From Auanema rhodensis (lineage: Eukaryota; Animalia; Nematoda), in contig CAXKVF010000076.1 in the NCBI GenBank assembly GCA_964057225.1, positions 62,001 through 126,000 of the forward strand: a DNA stretch of 64,000 bases, written 5' to 3'. Each line of letters begins with the position of its first letter. The stretch's first letter is position 1. The position numbers were made by a program, and so were the translations under genes. The notes beneath the pieces were generated by a model that saw only the letters and a list, made by a program, of their open reading frames with translations, did not search any database and was not told the DNA's origin. This document shows, piece by piece, positions 41,009 through 55,264 of this stretch.

Positions 41009-42416
41009 TTCACGTGAAAGATAAAGAGATGCGGTTTTCAAAATTAGATTCCCCATGTCCATATTAGTCTAAAAACAAATTTTTATTGATATTGGTGCAT
41101 GGTAACCATGACTTTGAAATTTACGTGAACTTTAATTTATGCTAATTAAATGTACACGTGATGTGCACTTGGTATGTAACTCGCTTCACGTGAAAGATAA
41201 AGAGATGCGGTTTTCAAAATTAGATTCCCCATGTCCATATTAGTCTAAAAACAAATTTTTATTGATATTGGTTCATTGTAACCATGACTTTGAAATTTAC
41301 GTGAACTTTAATTTATGCTAATTAAATGTACACGTGATGTGCACTTGGTATGTAACTCGCTTCACGTGAAAGATAAAGAGATGCGGTTTTCAAAATTAGA
41401 TTCCCCATGTCCATATTAGTCTAAAAACAAATTTTTATTGATATTAGTTCATGGTAACCATGACTTTGAAATTTACGTGAACTTTAATTTATGCTAATTA
41501 AATGTACACGTGATGTGCACTTGGTATGTAACTCGCTTCACGTGAAAGATAAAGAGATGCGGTTTTCAAAATTAGATTCCCCATGTCCATATTAGTCTAA
41601 AAACAAATTTTTATTGATATTGGTGCATGGTAACCATGACTTTGAAATTTACGTCAACTTTAATTTATGCTAATTAAATGTACACGTGATGTGCACTTGG
41701 TATGTAACTCGCTTCACGTGAAAGATGAAGAGATGCGGTTTTCAAAATTAGATTCCCCATGTCCATATTAGTCTAAAAACAAATTTTTATTGATATTGGT
41801 GCATGGTAACCATGACTTTGAAATTTACGTGAACTTTAATTTATGCTAATTAAATGTACACGTGATGTGCACTTGGTATGTAACTCGCTTCACGTGAAAG
41901 ATAAAGAGATGCGGTTTTCAAAATTAGATTCCCCATGTCCATATTAGTCTAAAAACAAATTTTTATTGATATTGGTGCATGGTAACCATGACTTTGAAAT
42001 TTACGTGAACTTTAATTTATGCTAATTAAATGTACACGTGATGTGCACTTGGTATGTAACTCGCTTCACGTGAAAGATAAAGAGATGCGGTTTTCAAAAT
42101 TAGATTCCCCATGTCCATATTAGTCTAAAAACAAATTTTTATTGATATTGGTTCATGGTAACCATGACTTTGAAATTTACGTGAACTTTAATTTATGCTA
42201 ATTAAATGTATACGTGATGTGCACTTGGTATGTAACTCGCTTCACGTGAAAGATAAAGAGATGCGGTTTTCAAAATTAGATTCCCCATGTCCATATTAGT
42301 CTAAAAACAAATTTTTATTGATATTGGTTCATGGTAACCATGACTTTGAAATTTACGTGAACTTTAATTTATGCTAATTAAATGTACACGTGATGTGCAC
42401 TTGGTATGTAACTCGC

Positions 42417-45232
42417 TTCACGTGAAAGATAAAGAGATGCGGTTTTCAAAATTAGATTCCCCATGTCCATATTAGTCTAAAAACAAATTTTTATTGATAT
42501 TGCTTCATGGTAACCATGACTTTGAAATTTACGTGAACTTTAATTTATGCTAATTAAATGTACACGTGATGTGCACTTGGTATGTAACTCGCTTCACGTG
42601 AAAGATAAAGAGATGCGGTTTTCAAAATTAGATTCCTCATGTCTATATTAGTCTAAAAACAAATTTTTATTGATATTAGTTCATGGTAACCATGACTTTG
42701 AAATTTACGTGAACTTTAATTTATGCTAATTAAATGTACACGTGATGTGCACTTGGTATGTAACTCGCTTCACGTGAAAGATAAAGAGAGGCGGTTTTCA
42801 AAATTAGATTCCCCATGTCCATATTAGTCTAAAAACAAATTTTTATTGATATTGGTTCATGGTAACCATGACTTTGAAATTTACGTGAACTTTAATTTAT
42901 GCTAATTAAATGTACACGTGATGTGCACTTGGTATGTAACTCGCTTCACGTGAAAGATAAAGAGATGCGGTTTTCAAAATTAGATTCCCCATGTCCATAT
43001 TAGTCTAAAAACAAATTTTTATTGATATTGCTTCATGGTAACCATGACTTTGAAATTTACGTGAACTTTAATTTATGCTAATTAAATGTACACGTGATGT
43101 GCACTTGGTATGTAACTCGCTTCACGTGAAAGATAAAGAGATGCAGTTTTCAAAATTAGATTCCCCATGTCCATATTAGTCTAAAAACAAATTTTTATTG
43201 ATATTGGTTCATGGTAACCATGACTTTGAAATTTACGTGAACTTTAATTTATGCTAATTAAATGTACACGTGATGTGCACTTGGTATGTAACTCGCTTCA
43301 CGTGAAAGATAAAGAGATGCGGTTTTCAAAATTAGATTCCCCATGTCCATATTAGTCTAAAAACAAATTTTTATTGATATTGCTTCATGGTAACCATGAC
43401 TTTGAAATTTACGTGAACTTTAATTTATGCTAATTAAATGTACACGTGATGTGCACTTGGTATGTAACTCGCTTCACGTGAAAGATAAAGAGATGCGGTT
43501 TTTAAAATTAGATTCCTCATGTCCATATTAGTCTAAAAACAAATTTTTATTGATATTGGTGCATGGTAACCATGACTTTGAAATTTACGTGAACTTTAAT
43601 TTATGCTAATTAAATGTACACGTAATGTGCACTTGGTATGTAACTCGCTTCACGTGAAAGATAAAGAGATGCGGTTTTCAAAATTAGATTCCCCATGTCC
43701 ATATTAGTCTAAAAACAAATTTTTATTGATATTGGTGAATGGTAACCATGACTTTGAAATTTACGTGAACTTTAATTTATGCTAATTAAATGTACACGTG
43801 ATGTGCACTTGGTATGTAACTCGCTTCACGTGAAAGATAAAGAGATGCGGTTTTCAAAATTAGATTCCCCATGTCCATATTAGTCTAAAAACAAATTTTT
43901 ATTGATATTGCTTCATGGTAACCATGACTTTGAAATTTACGTGAACTTTAATTTATGCTAATTAAATGTACACGTGATGTGCACTTGGTATGTAACTCGC
44001 TTCACGTGAAAGATAAAGAGATGCGGTTTTCAAAATTAGATTCCTCATGTCTATATTAGTCTAAAAACAAATTTTTATTGATATTAGTTCATGGTAACCA
44101 TGACTTTGAAATTTACGTGAACTTTAATTTATGCTAATTAAATGTACACGTGATGTGCACTTGGTATGTAACTCGCTTCACGTGAAAGATAAAGAGATGC
44201 GGTTTTCAAAATTAGATTCCCCATGTCCATATTAGTCTAAAAACAAATTTTTATTGATATTGGTTCATGGTAACCATGACTTTGAAATTTACGTGAACTT
44301 TAATTTATGCTAATTAAATGTACACGTGATGTGCACTTGGTATGTAACTCGCTTCACGTGAAAGATAAAGAGATGCGGTTTTCAAAATTAGATTCCCCAT
44401 GTCCATATTAGTCTAAAAACAAATTTTTATTGATATTGCTTCATGGTAACCATGACTTTGAAATTTACGTGAACTTTAATTTATGCTAATTAAATGTACA
44501 CGTGATGTGCACTTGGTATGTAACTCGCTTCACGTGAAAGATAAAGAGATGCAGTTTTCAAAATTAGATTCCCCATGTCCATATTAGTCTAAAAACAAAT
44601 TTTTATTGATATTGGTTCATGGTAACCATGACTTTGAAATTTACGTGAACTTTAATTTATGCTAATTAAATGTACACGTGATGTGCACTTGGTATGTAAC
44701 TCGCTTCACGTGAAAGATAAAGAGATGCGGTTTTCAAAATTAGATTCCCCATGTCCATATTAGTCTAAAAACAAATTTTTATTGATATTGCTTCATGGTA
44801 ACCATGACTTTGAAATTTACGTGAACTTTAATTTATGCTAATTAAATGTACACGTGATGTGCACTTGGTATGTAACTCGCTTCACGTGAAAGATAAAGAG
44901 ATGCGGTTTTTAAAATTAGATTCCTCATGTCCATATTAGTCTAAAAACAAATTTTTATTGATATTGGTGCATGGTAACCATGACTTTGAAATTTACGTGA
45001 ACTTTAATTTATGCTAATTAAATGTACACGTAATGTGCACTTGGTATGTAACTCGCTTCACGTGAAAGATAAAGAGATGCGGTTTTCAAAATTAGATTCC
45101 CCATGTCCATATTAGTCTAAAAACAAATTTTTATTGATATTGGTGAATGGTAACCATGACTTTGAAATTTACGTGAACTTTAATTTATGCTAATTAAATG
45201 TACACGTGATGTGCACTTGGTATGTAACTCGC
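42417..45232 (+). repeat. 8-monomer (1408 bp) duplication, monomers 242-249 vs 250-257
   Basis: C45T+C52T+G86A (m243/251), G25A (m246/254), C31T+C45T+G152A (m248/256), GGTGA allele (m249/257). Confidence 0.9.
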
Positions 45233-48200
45233 TTCACGTGAAAGATAAAGAGATGCAGTTTTCAAAATCAGATTCCCCATGTCCATATTAGTCTAAAAAC
45301 AAATTTTTATTGATATTGGTTCATGGTAACCATGACTTTGAAATTTACGTGAACTTTAATTTATGCTAATTAAATGTACACGTGATGTGCACTTGGTATG
45401 TAACTCGCTTCACGTGAAAGATAAAGAGATGCGGTTTTCAAAATTAGATTCCCCATGTCCATATTAGTCTAAAAACAAATTTTTATTGATATTAGTTCAT
45501 GGTAACCATGACTTTGAAATTTACGTGAACTTTAATTTATGCTAATTAAATGTACACGTGATGTGCACTTGGTATGTAACTCGCTTCACGTGAAAGATAA
45601 AGAGATGCGGTTTTCAAAATTAGATTCCCCATGTCCATATTAGTCTAAAAACAAATTTTTATTGATATTGGTTCATGGTAACCATGACTTTGAAATTTAC
45701 GTGAACTTTAATTTATGCTAATTAAATGTACACGTGATGTGCACTTGGTATGTAACTCGCTTCACGTGAAAGATAAAGAGATGCGGTTTTCAAAATTAGA
45801 TTCCCCATGTCCATATTAGTCTAAAAACAAATTTTTATTGATATTGCTTCATGGTAACCATGACTTTGAAATTTACGTGAACTTTAATTTATGCTAATTA
45901 AATGTACACGTGATGTGCACTTGGTATGTAACTCGCTTCACGTGAAAGATAAAGAGATGCGGTTTTCAAAATTAGATTCCTCATGTCCATATTAGTCTAA
46001 AAACAAATTTTTATTGATATTGGTGCATGGTAACCATGACTTTGAAATTTACGTGAACTTTAATTTATGCTAATTAAATGTACACGTGATGTGCACTTGG
46101 TATGTAACTCGCTTCACGTGAAAGATAAAGAGATGCGGTTTTCAAAATTAGATTCCCCATGTCCATATTAGTCTAAAAACAAATTTTTATTGATATTGGT
46201 TCATGGTAACCATGACTTTGAAATTTACGTGAACTTTAATTTATGCTAATTAAATGTACACGTGATGTGCACTTGGTATGTAACTCGCTTCACGTGAAAG
46301 AAAAAGAGATGCGGTTTTCAAAATTAGATTCCCCATGTCCATATTAGTCTAAAAACAAATTTTTATTGATATTGCTTCATGGTAACCATGACTTTGAAAT
46401 TTACGTGAACTTTAATTTATGCTAATTAAATGTACACGTGATGTGCACTTGGTATGTAACTCGCTTCACGTGAAAGATAAAGAGATGCGGTTTTCAAAAT
46501 TAGATTCCCCATGTCCATATTAGTCTAAAAACAAATTTTTATTGATATTGGTGCATGGTAACCATGACTTTGAAATTTACGTGAACTTTAATTTATGCTA
46601 ATTAAATGTACACGTGATGTGCACTTGGTATGTAACTCGCTTCACGTGAAAGATAAAGAGATGCGGTTTTCAAAATTAGATTCCCCATGTCCATATTAGT
46701 CTAAAAACAAATTTTTATTGATATTGGTGCATGGTAACCATGACTTTGAAATTTACGTGAACTTTAATTTATGCTAATTAAATGTACACGTGATGTGCAC
46801 TTGGTATGTAACTCGCTTCACGTGAAAGATAAAGAGATGCGGTTTTCAAAATTAGATTCCCCATGTCCATATTAGTCTAAAAACAAATTTTTATTGATAT
46901 TGCTTCATGGTAACCATGACTTTGAAATTTACGTGAACTTTAATTTATGCTAATTAAATGTACACGTGATGTGCACTTGGTATGTAACTCGCTTCACGTG
47001 AAAGATAAAGAGATGCGGTTTTCAAAATTAGATTCCTCATGTCTATATTAGTCTAAAAACAAATTTTTATTGATATTAGTTCATGGTAACCATGACTTTG
47101 AAATTTACGTGAACTTTAATTTATGCTAATTAAATGTACACGTGATGTGCACTTGGTATGTAACTCGCTTCACGTGAAAGATAAAGAGATGCGGTTTTCA
47201 AAATTAGATTCCCCATGTCCATATTAGTCTAAAAACAAATTTTTATTGATATTGGTTCATGGTAACCATGACTTTGAAATTTACGTGAACTTTAATTTAT
47301 GCTAATTAAATGTACACGTGATGTGCACTTGGTATGTAACTCGCTTCACGTGAAAGATAAAGAGATGCGGTTTTCAAAATTAGATTCCCCATGTCCATAT
47401 TAGTCTAAAAACAAATTTTTATTGATATTGCTTCATGGTAACCATGACTTTGAAATTTACGTGAACTTTAATTTATGCTAATTAAATGTACACGTGATGT
47501 GCACTTGGTATGTAACTCGCTTCACGTGAAAGATAAAGAGATGCAGTTTTCAAAATTAGATTCCCCATGTCCATATTAGTCTAAAAACAAATTTTTATTG
47601 ATATTGGTTCATGGTAACCATGACTTTGAAATTTACGTGAACTTTAATTTATGCTAATTAAATGTACACGTGATGTGCACTTGGTATGTAACTCGCTTCA
47701 CGTGAAAGATAAAGAGATGCGGTTTTCAAAATTAGATTCCCCATGTCCATATTAGTCTAAAAACAAATTTTTATTGATATTGCTTCATGGTAACCATGAC
47801 TTTGAAATTTACGTGAACTTTAATTTATGCTAATTAAATGTACACGTGATGTGCACTTGGTATGTAACTCGCTTCACGTGAAAGATAAAGAGATGCGGTT
47901 TTTAAAATTAGATTCCTCATGTCCATATTAGTCTAAAAACAAATTTTTATTGATATTGGTGCATGGTAACCATGACTTTGAAATTTACGTGAACTTTAAT
48001 TTATGCTAATTAAATGTACACGTGATGTGCACTTGGTATGTAACTCGCTTCACGTGAAAGATAAAGAGATGCGGTTTTCAAAATTAGATTCCCCATGTCC
48101 ATATTAGTCTAAAAACAAATTTTTATTGATATTGGTGAATGGTAACCATGACTTTGAAATTTACGTGAACTTTAATTTATGCTAATTAAATGTACACGTG

Positions 48201-49984
48201 ATGTGCACTTGGTATGTAACTCGCTTCACGTGAAAGATAAAGAGATGCAGTTTTCAAAATCAGATTCCCCATGTCCATATTAGTCTAAAAACAAATTTTT
48301 ATTGATATTGGTTCATGGTAACCATGACTTTGAAATTTACGTGAACTTTAATTTATGCTAATTAAATGTACACGTGATGTGCACTTGGTATGTAACTCGC
48401 TTCACGTGAAAGATAAAGAGATGCGGTTTTCAAAATTAGATTCCCCATGTCCATATTAGTCTAAAAACAAATTTTTATTGATATTAGTTCATGGTAACCA
48501 TGACTTTGAAATTTACGTGAACTTTAATTTATGCTAATTAAATGTACACGTGATGTGCACTTGGTATGTAACTCGCTTCACGTGAAAGATAAAGAGATGC
48601 GGTTTTCAAAATTAGATTCCCCATGTCCATATTAGTCTAAAAACAAATTTTTATTGATATTGGTTCATGGTAACCATGACTTTGAAATTTACGTGAACTT
48701 TAATTTATGCTAATTAAATGTACACGTGATGTGCACTTGGTATGTAACTCGCTTCACGTGAAAGATAAAGAGATGCGGTTTTCAAAATTAGATTCCCCAT
48801 GTCCATATTAGTCTAAAAACAAATTTTTATTGATATTGCTTCATGGTAACCATGACTTTGAAATTTACGTGAACTTTAATTTATGCTAATTAAATGTACA
48901 CGTGATGTGCACTTGGTATGTAACTCGCTTCACGTGAAAGATAAAGAGATGCGGTTTTCAAAATTAGATTCCCCATGTCCATATTAGTCTAAAAACAAAT
49001 TTTTATTGATATTAGTTCATGGTAACCATGACTTTGAAATTTACGTGAACTTTAATTTATGCTAATTAAATGTACACGTGATGTGCACTTGGTATGTAAC
49101 TCGCTTCACGTGAAAGATAAAGAGATGCGGTTTTCAAAATTAGATTCCCCATGTCCATATTAGTCTAAAAACAAATTTTTATTGATATTGGTTCATGGTA
49201 ACCATGACTTTGAAATTTACGTGAACTTTAATTTATGCTAATTAAATGTACACGTGATGTGCACTTGGTATGTAACTCGCTTCACGTGAAAGATAAAGAG
49301 ATGCGGTTTTCAAAATTAGATTCCCCATGTCCATATTAGTCTAAAAACAAATTTTTATTGATATTGCTTCATGGTAACCATGACTTTGAAATTTACGTGA
49401 ACTTTAATTTATGCTAATTAAATGTACACGTGATGTGCACTTGGTATGTAACTCGCTTCACGTGAAAGATAAAGAGATGCGGTTTTCAAAATTAGATTCC
49501 TCATGTCCATATTAGTCTAAAAACAAATTTTTATTGATATTGGTGCATGGTAACCATGACTTTGAAATTTACGTGAACTTTAATTTATGCTAATTAAATG
49601 TACACGTGATGTGCACTTGGTATGTAACTCGCTTCACGTGAAAGATAAAGAGATGCGGTTTTCAAAATTAGATTCCCCATGTCCATATTAGTCTAAAAAC
49701 AAATTTTTATTGATATTGGTTCATGGTAACCATGACTTTGAAATTTACGTGAACTTTAATTTATGCTAATTAAATGTACACGTGATGTGCACTTGGTATG
49801 TAACTCGCTTCACGTGAAAGAAAAAGAGATGCGGTTTTCAAAATTAGATTCCCCATGTCCATATTAGTCTAAAAACAAATTTTTATTGATATTGCTTCAT
49901 GGTAACCATGACTTTGAAATTTACGTGAACTTTAATTTATGCTAATTAAATGTACACGTGATGTGCACTTGGTATGTAACTCGC
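43825..49984 (+). repeat. 17-monomer (2992 bp) offset duplication, monomers 250-264 vs 267-284, with a nested extra trimer in the second copy
   Basis: G25A+T37C in m258/275. The trimer AGTTC/GGTTC/GCTTC occurs once (m259-261) versus twice (m276-281). T14A is in m264/284. Confidence 0.87.
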
Positions 49985-50512
49985 TTCACGTGAAAGATAA
50001 AGAGATGCGGTTTTCAAAATTAGATTCCTCATGTCCATATTAGTCTAAAAACAAATTTTTATTGATATTGGTGCATGGTAACCATGACTTTGAAATTTAC
50101 GTGAACTTTAATTTATGCTAATTAAATGTACACGTGATGTGCACTTGGTATGTAACTCGCTTCACGTGAAAGATAAAGAGATGCGGTTTTCAAAATTAGA
50201 TTCCCCATGTCCATATTAGTCTAAAAACAAATTTTTATTGATATTGGTTCATGGTAACCATGACTTTGAAATTTACGTGAACTTTAATTTATGCTAATTA
50301 AATGTACACGTGATGTGCACTTGGTATGTAACTCGCTTCACGTGAAAGATAAAGAGATGCGGTTTTCAAAATTAGATTCCCCATGTCCATATTAGTCTAA
50401 AAACAAATTTTTATTGATATTGCTTCATGGTAACCATGACTTTGAAATTTACGTGAACTTTAATTTATGCTAATTAAATGTACACGTGATGTGCACTTGG
50501 TATGTAACTCGC

Positions 50513-53500
50513 TTCACGTGAAAGATAAAGAGATGCGGTTTTCAAAATTAGATTCCTCATGTCCATATTAGTCTAAAAACAAATTTTTATTGATATTGGT
50601 GCATGGTAACCATGACTTTGAAATTTACGTGAACTTTAATTTATGCTAATTAAATGTACACGTGATGTGCACTTGGTATGTAACTCGCTTCACGTGAAAG
50701 ATAAAGAGATGCGGTTTTCAAAATTAGATTCCCCATGTCCATATTAGTCTAAAAACAAATTTTTATTGATATTGGTTCATGGTAACCATGACTTTGAAAT
50801 TTACGTGAACTTTAATTTATGCTAATTAAATGTACACGTGATGTGCACTTGGTATGTAACTCGCTTCACGTGAAAGAAAAAGAGATGCGGTTTTCAAAAT
50901 TAGATTCCCCATGTCCATATTAGTCTAAAAACAAATTTTTATTGATATTGGTGCATGGTAACCATGACTTTGAAATTTACGTGAACTTTAATTTATGCTA
51001 ATTAAATGTACACGTGATGTGCACTTGGTATGTAACTCGCTTCACGTGAAAGATGAAGAGATGCGGTTTTCAAAATTAGATTCCCCATGTCCATATTAGT
51101 CTAAAAACAAATTTTTATTGATATTGGTTCATGGTAACCATGACTTTGAAATTTACGTGAACTTTAATTTATGCTAATTAAATGTACACGTGATGTGCAC
51201 TTGGTATGTAACTCGCTTCACGTGAAAGATAAAGAGATGCGGTTTTCAAAATTAGATTCCCCATGTCCATATTAGTCTAAAAACAAATTTTTATTGATAT
51301 TGGTGCATGGTAACCATGACTTTGAAATTTACGTGAACTTTAATTTATGCTAATTAAATGTACACGTGATGTGCACTTGGTATGTAACTCGCTTCACGTG
51401 AAAGATAAAGAGATGCGGTTTTCAAAATTAGATTCCCCATGTCCATATTAGTCTAAAAACAAATTTTTATTGATATTGGTTCATGGTAACCATGACTTTG
51501 AAATTTACGTGAACTTCAATTTATGCTAATTAAATGTACACGTGATGTGCACTTGGTATGTAACTCGCTTCACGTGAAAGATAAAGAGATGCGGTTTTCA
51601 AAATTAGATTCCCCATGTCCATATTAGTCTAAAAACAAATTTTTATTGATATTAGTTCATGGTAACCATGACTTTGAAATTTACGTGAACTTTAATTTAT
51701 GCTAATTAAATGTACACGTGATGTGCACTTGGTATGTAACTCGCTTCACGTGAAAGATAAAGAGATGCGGTTTTCAAAATTAGATTCCCCATGTCCATAT
51801 TAGTCTAAAAACAAATTTTTATTGATATTGGTTCATGGTAACCATGACTTTGAAATTTACGTGAACTTTAATTTATGCTAATTAAATGTACACGTGATGT
51901 GCACTTGGTATGTAACTCGCTTCACGTGAAAGATAAAGAGATGCGGTTTTCAAAATTAGATTCCCCATGTCCATATTAGTCTAAAAACAAATTTTTATTG
52001 ATATTAGTTCATGGTAACCATGACTTTGAAATTTACGTGAACTTTAATTTATGCTAATTAAATGTACACGTGATGTGCACTTGGTATGTAACTCGCTTCA
52101 CGTGAAAGATAAAGAGATGCGGTTTTCAAAATTAGATTCCCCATGTCCATATTAGTCTAAAACCAAATTTTTATTGATATTGGTTCATGGTAACCATGAC
52201 TTTGAAATTTACGTGAACTTTAATTTATGCTAATTAAATGTACACGTGATGTGCACTTGGTATGTAACTCGCTTCACGTGAAAGATAAAGAGATGCGGTT
52301 TTCAAAATTAGATTCCCCATGTCCATATTAGTCTAAAAACAAATTTTTATTGATATTGGTTCATGGTAACCATGACTTTGAAATTTACGTGAACTTTAAT
52401 TTATGCTAATTAAATGTACACGTGATGTGCACTTGGTATGTAACTCGCTTCACGTGAAAGAAAAAGAGATGCGGTTTTCAAAATTAGATTCCCCATGTCC
52501 ATATTAGTCTAAAAACAAATTTTTATTGATATTGGTGCATGGTAACCATGACTTTGAAATTTACGTGAACTTTAATTTATGCTAATTAAATGTACACGTG
52601 ATGTGCACTTGGTATGTAACTCGCTTCACGTGAAAGAAAAAGAGATGCGGTTTTCAAAATTAGATTCCCCATGTCCATATTAGTCTAAAAACAAATTTTT
52701 ATTGATATTGCTTCATGGTAACCATGACTTTGAAATTTACGTGAACTTTAATTTATGCTAATTAAATGTACACGTGATGTGCACTTGGTATGTAACTCGC
52801 TTCACGTGAAAGATAAAGAGATGCGGTTTTCAAAATTAGATTCCTCATGTCCATATTAGTCTAAAAACAAATTTTTATTGATATTGGTGCATGGTAACCA
52901 TGACTTTGAAATTTACGTGAACTTTAATTTATGCTAATTAAATGTACACGTGATGTGCACTTGGTATGTAACTCGCTTCACGTGAAAGATAAAGAGATGC
53001 GGTTTTCAAAATTAGATTCCCCATGTCCATATTAGTCTAAAAACAAATTTTTATTGATATTGGTTCATGGTAACCATGACTTTGAAATTTACGTGAACTT
53101 TAATTTATGCTAATTAAATGTACACGTGATGTGCACTTGGTATGTAACTCGCTTCACGTGAAAGAAAAAGAGATGCGGTTTTCAAAATTAGATTCCCCAT
53201 GTCCATATTAGTCTAAAAACAAATTTTTATTGATATTGGTGCATGGTAACCATGACTTTGAAATTTACGTGAACTTTAATTTATGCTAATTAAATGTACA
53301 CGTGATGTGCACTTGGTATGTAACTCGCTTCACGTGAAAGATGAAGAGATGCGGTTTTCAAAATTAGATTCCCCATGTCCATATTAGTCTAAAAACAAAT
53401 TTTTATTGATATTGGTTCATGGTAACCATGACTTTGAAATTTACGTGAACTTTAATTTATGCTAATTAAATGTACACGTGATGTGCACTTGGTATGTAAC

Positions 53501-55264
53501 TCGCTTCACGTGAAAGATAAAGAGATGCGGTTTTCAAAATTAGATTCCCCATGTCCATATTAGTCTAAAAACAAATTTTTATTGATATTGGTGCATGGTA
53601 ACCATGACTTTGAAATTTACGTGAACTTTAATTTATGCTAATTAAATGTACACGTGATGTGCACTTGGTATGTAACTCGCTTCACGTGAAAGATAAAGAG
53701 ATGCGGTTTTCAAAATTAGATTCCCCATGTCCATATTAGTCTAAAAACAAATTTTTATTGATATTGGTTCATGGTAACCATGACTTTGAAATTTACGTGA
53801 ACTTCAATTTATGCTAATTAAATGTACACGTGATGTGCACTTGGTATGTAACTCGCTTCACGTGAAAGATAAAGAGATGCGGTTTTCAAAATTAGATTCC
53901 CCATGTCCATATTAGTCTAAAAACAAATTTTTATTGATATTAGTTCATGGTAACCATGACTTTGAAATTTACGTGAACTTTAATTTATGCTAATTAAATG
54001 TACACGTGATGTGCACTTGGTATGTAACTCGCTTCACGTGAAAGATAAAGAGATGCGGTTTTCAAAATTAGATTCCCCATGTCCATATTAGTCTAAAAAC
54101 AAATTTTTATTGATATTGGTTCATGGTAACCATGACTTTGAAATTTACGTGAACTTTAATTTATGCTAATTAAATGTACACGTGATGTGCACTTGGTATG
54201 TAACTCGCTTCACGTGAAAGATAAAGAGATGCGGTTTTCAAAATTAGATTCCCCATGTCCATATTAGTCTAAAAACAAATTTTTATTGATATTAGTTCAT
54301 GGTAACCATGACTTTGAAATTTACGTGAACTTTAATTTATGCTAATTAAATGTACACGTGATGTGCACTTGGTATGTAACTCGCTTCACGTGAAAGATAA
54401 AGAGATGCGGTTTTCAAAATTAGATTCCCCATGTCCATATTAGTCTAAAAACAAATTTTTATTGATATTGGTTCATGGTAACCATGACTTTGAAATTTAC
54501 GTGAACTTTAATTTATGCTAATTAAATGTACACGTGATGTGCACTTGGTATGTAACTCGCTTCACGTGAAAGATAAAGAGATGCGGTTTTCAAAATTAGA
54601 TTCCCCATGTCCATATTAGTCTAAAAACAAATTTTTATTGATATTAGTTCATGGTAACCATGACTTTGAAATTTACGTGAACTTTAATTTATGCTAATTA
54701 AATGTACACGTGATGTGCACTTGGTATGTAACTCGCTTCACGTGAAAGATAAAGAGATGCGGTTTTCAAAATTAGATTCCCCATGTCCATATTAGTCTAA
54801 AACCAAATTTTTATTGATATTGGTTCATGGTAACCATGACTTTGAAATTTACGTGAACTTTAATTTATGCTAATTAAATGTACACGTGATGTGCACTTGG
54901 TATGTAACTCGCTTCACGTGAAAGATAAAGAGATGCGGTTTTCAAAATTAGATTCCCCATGTCCATATTAGTCTAAAAACAAATTTTTATTGATATTGGT
55001 TCATGGTAACCATGACTTTGAAATTTACGTGAACTTTAATTTATGCTAATTAAATGTACACGTGATGTGCACTTGGTATGTAACTCGCTTCACGTGAAAG
55101 AAAAAGAGATGCGGTTTTCAAAATTAGATTCCCCATGTCCATATTAGTCTAAAAACAAATTTTTATTGATATTGGTGCATGGTAACCATGACTTTGAAAT
55201 TTACGTGAACTTTAATTTATGCTAATTAAATGTACACGTGATGTGCACTTGGTATGTAACTCGC
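50513..55264 (+). repeat. 13-monomer (2288 bp) offset duplication, monomers 288-299 vs 301-314, with a nested extra dimer in the second copy
   Basis: T125C in m293/306 (offset 13). A67C in m297/312 (offset 15, after an added AGTTC/GGTTC dimer). Confidence 0.88.

Noticed and set aside
30801-53856. Compensatory covariation in stems (T125C with A140G; C52T with G86A)
   Set aside because: T125C (m293, m306) and A140G (m176-197) are symmetric positions but never occur in the same monomer. C52T and G86A co-occur only in m243, 251 and 268, which are copies of one event, and each is usually found alone.
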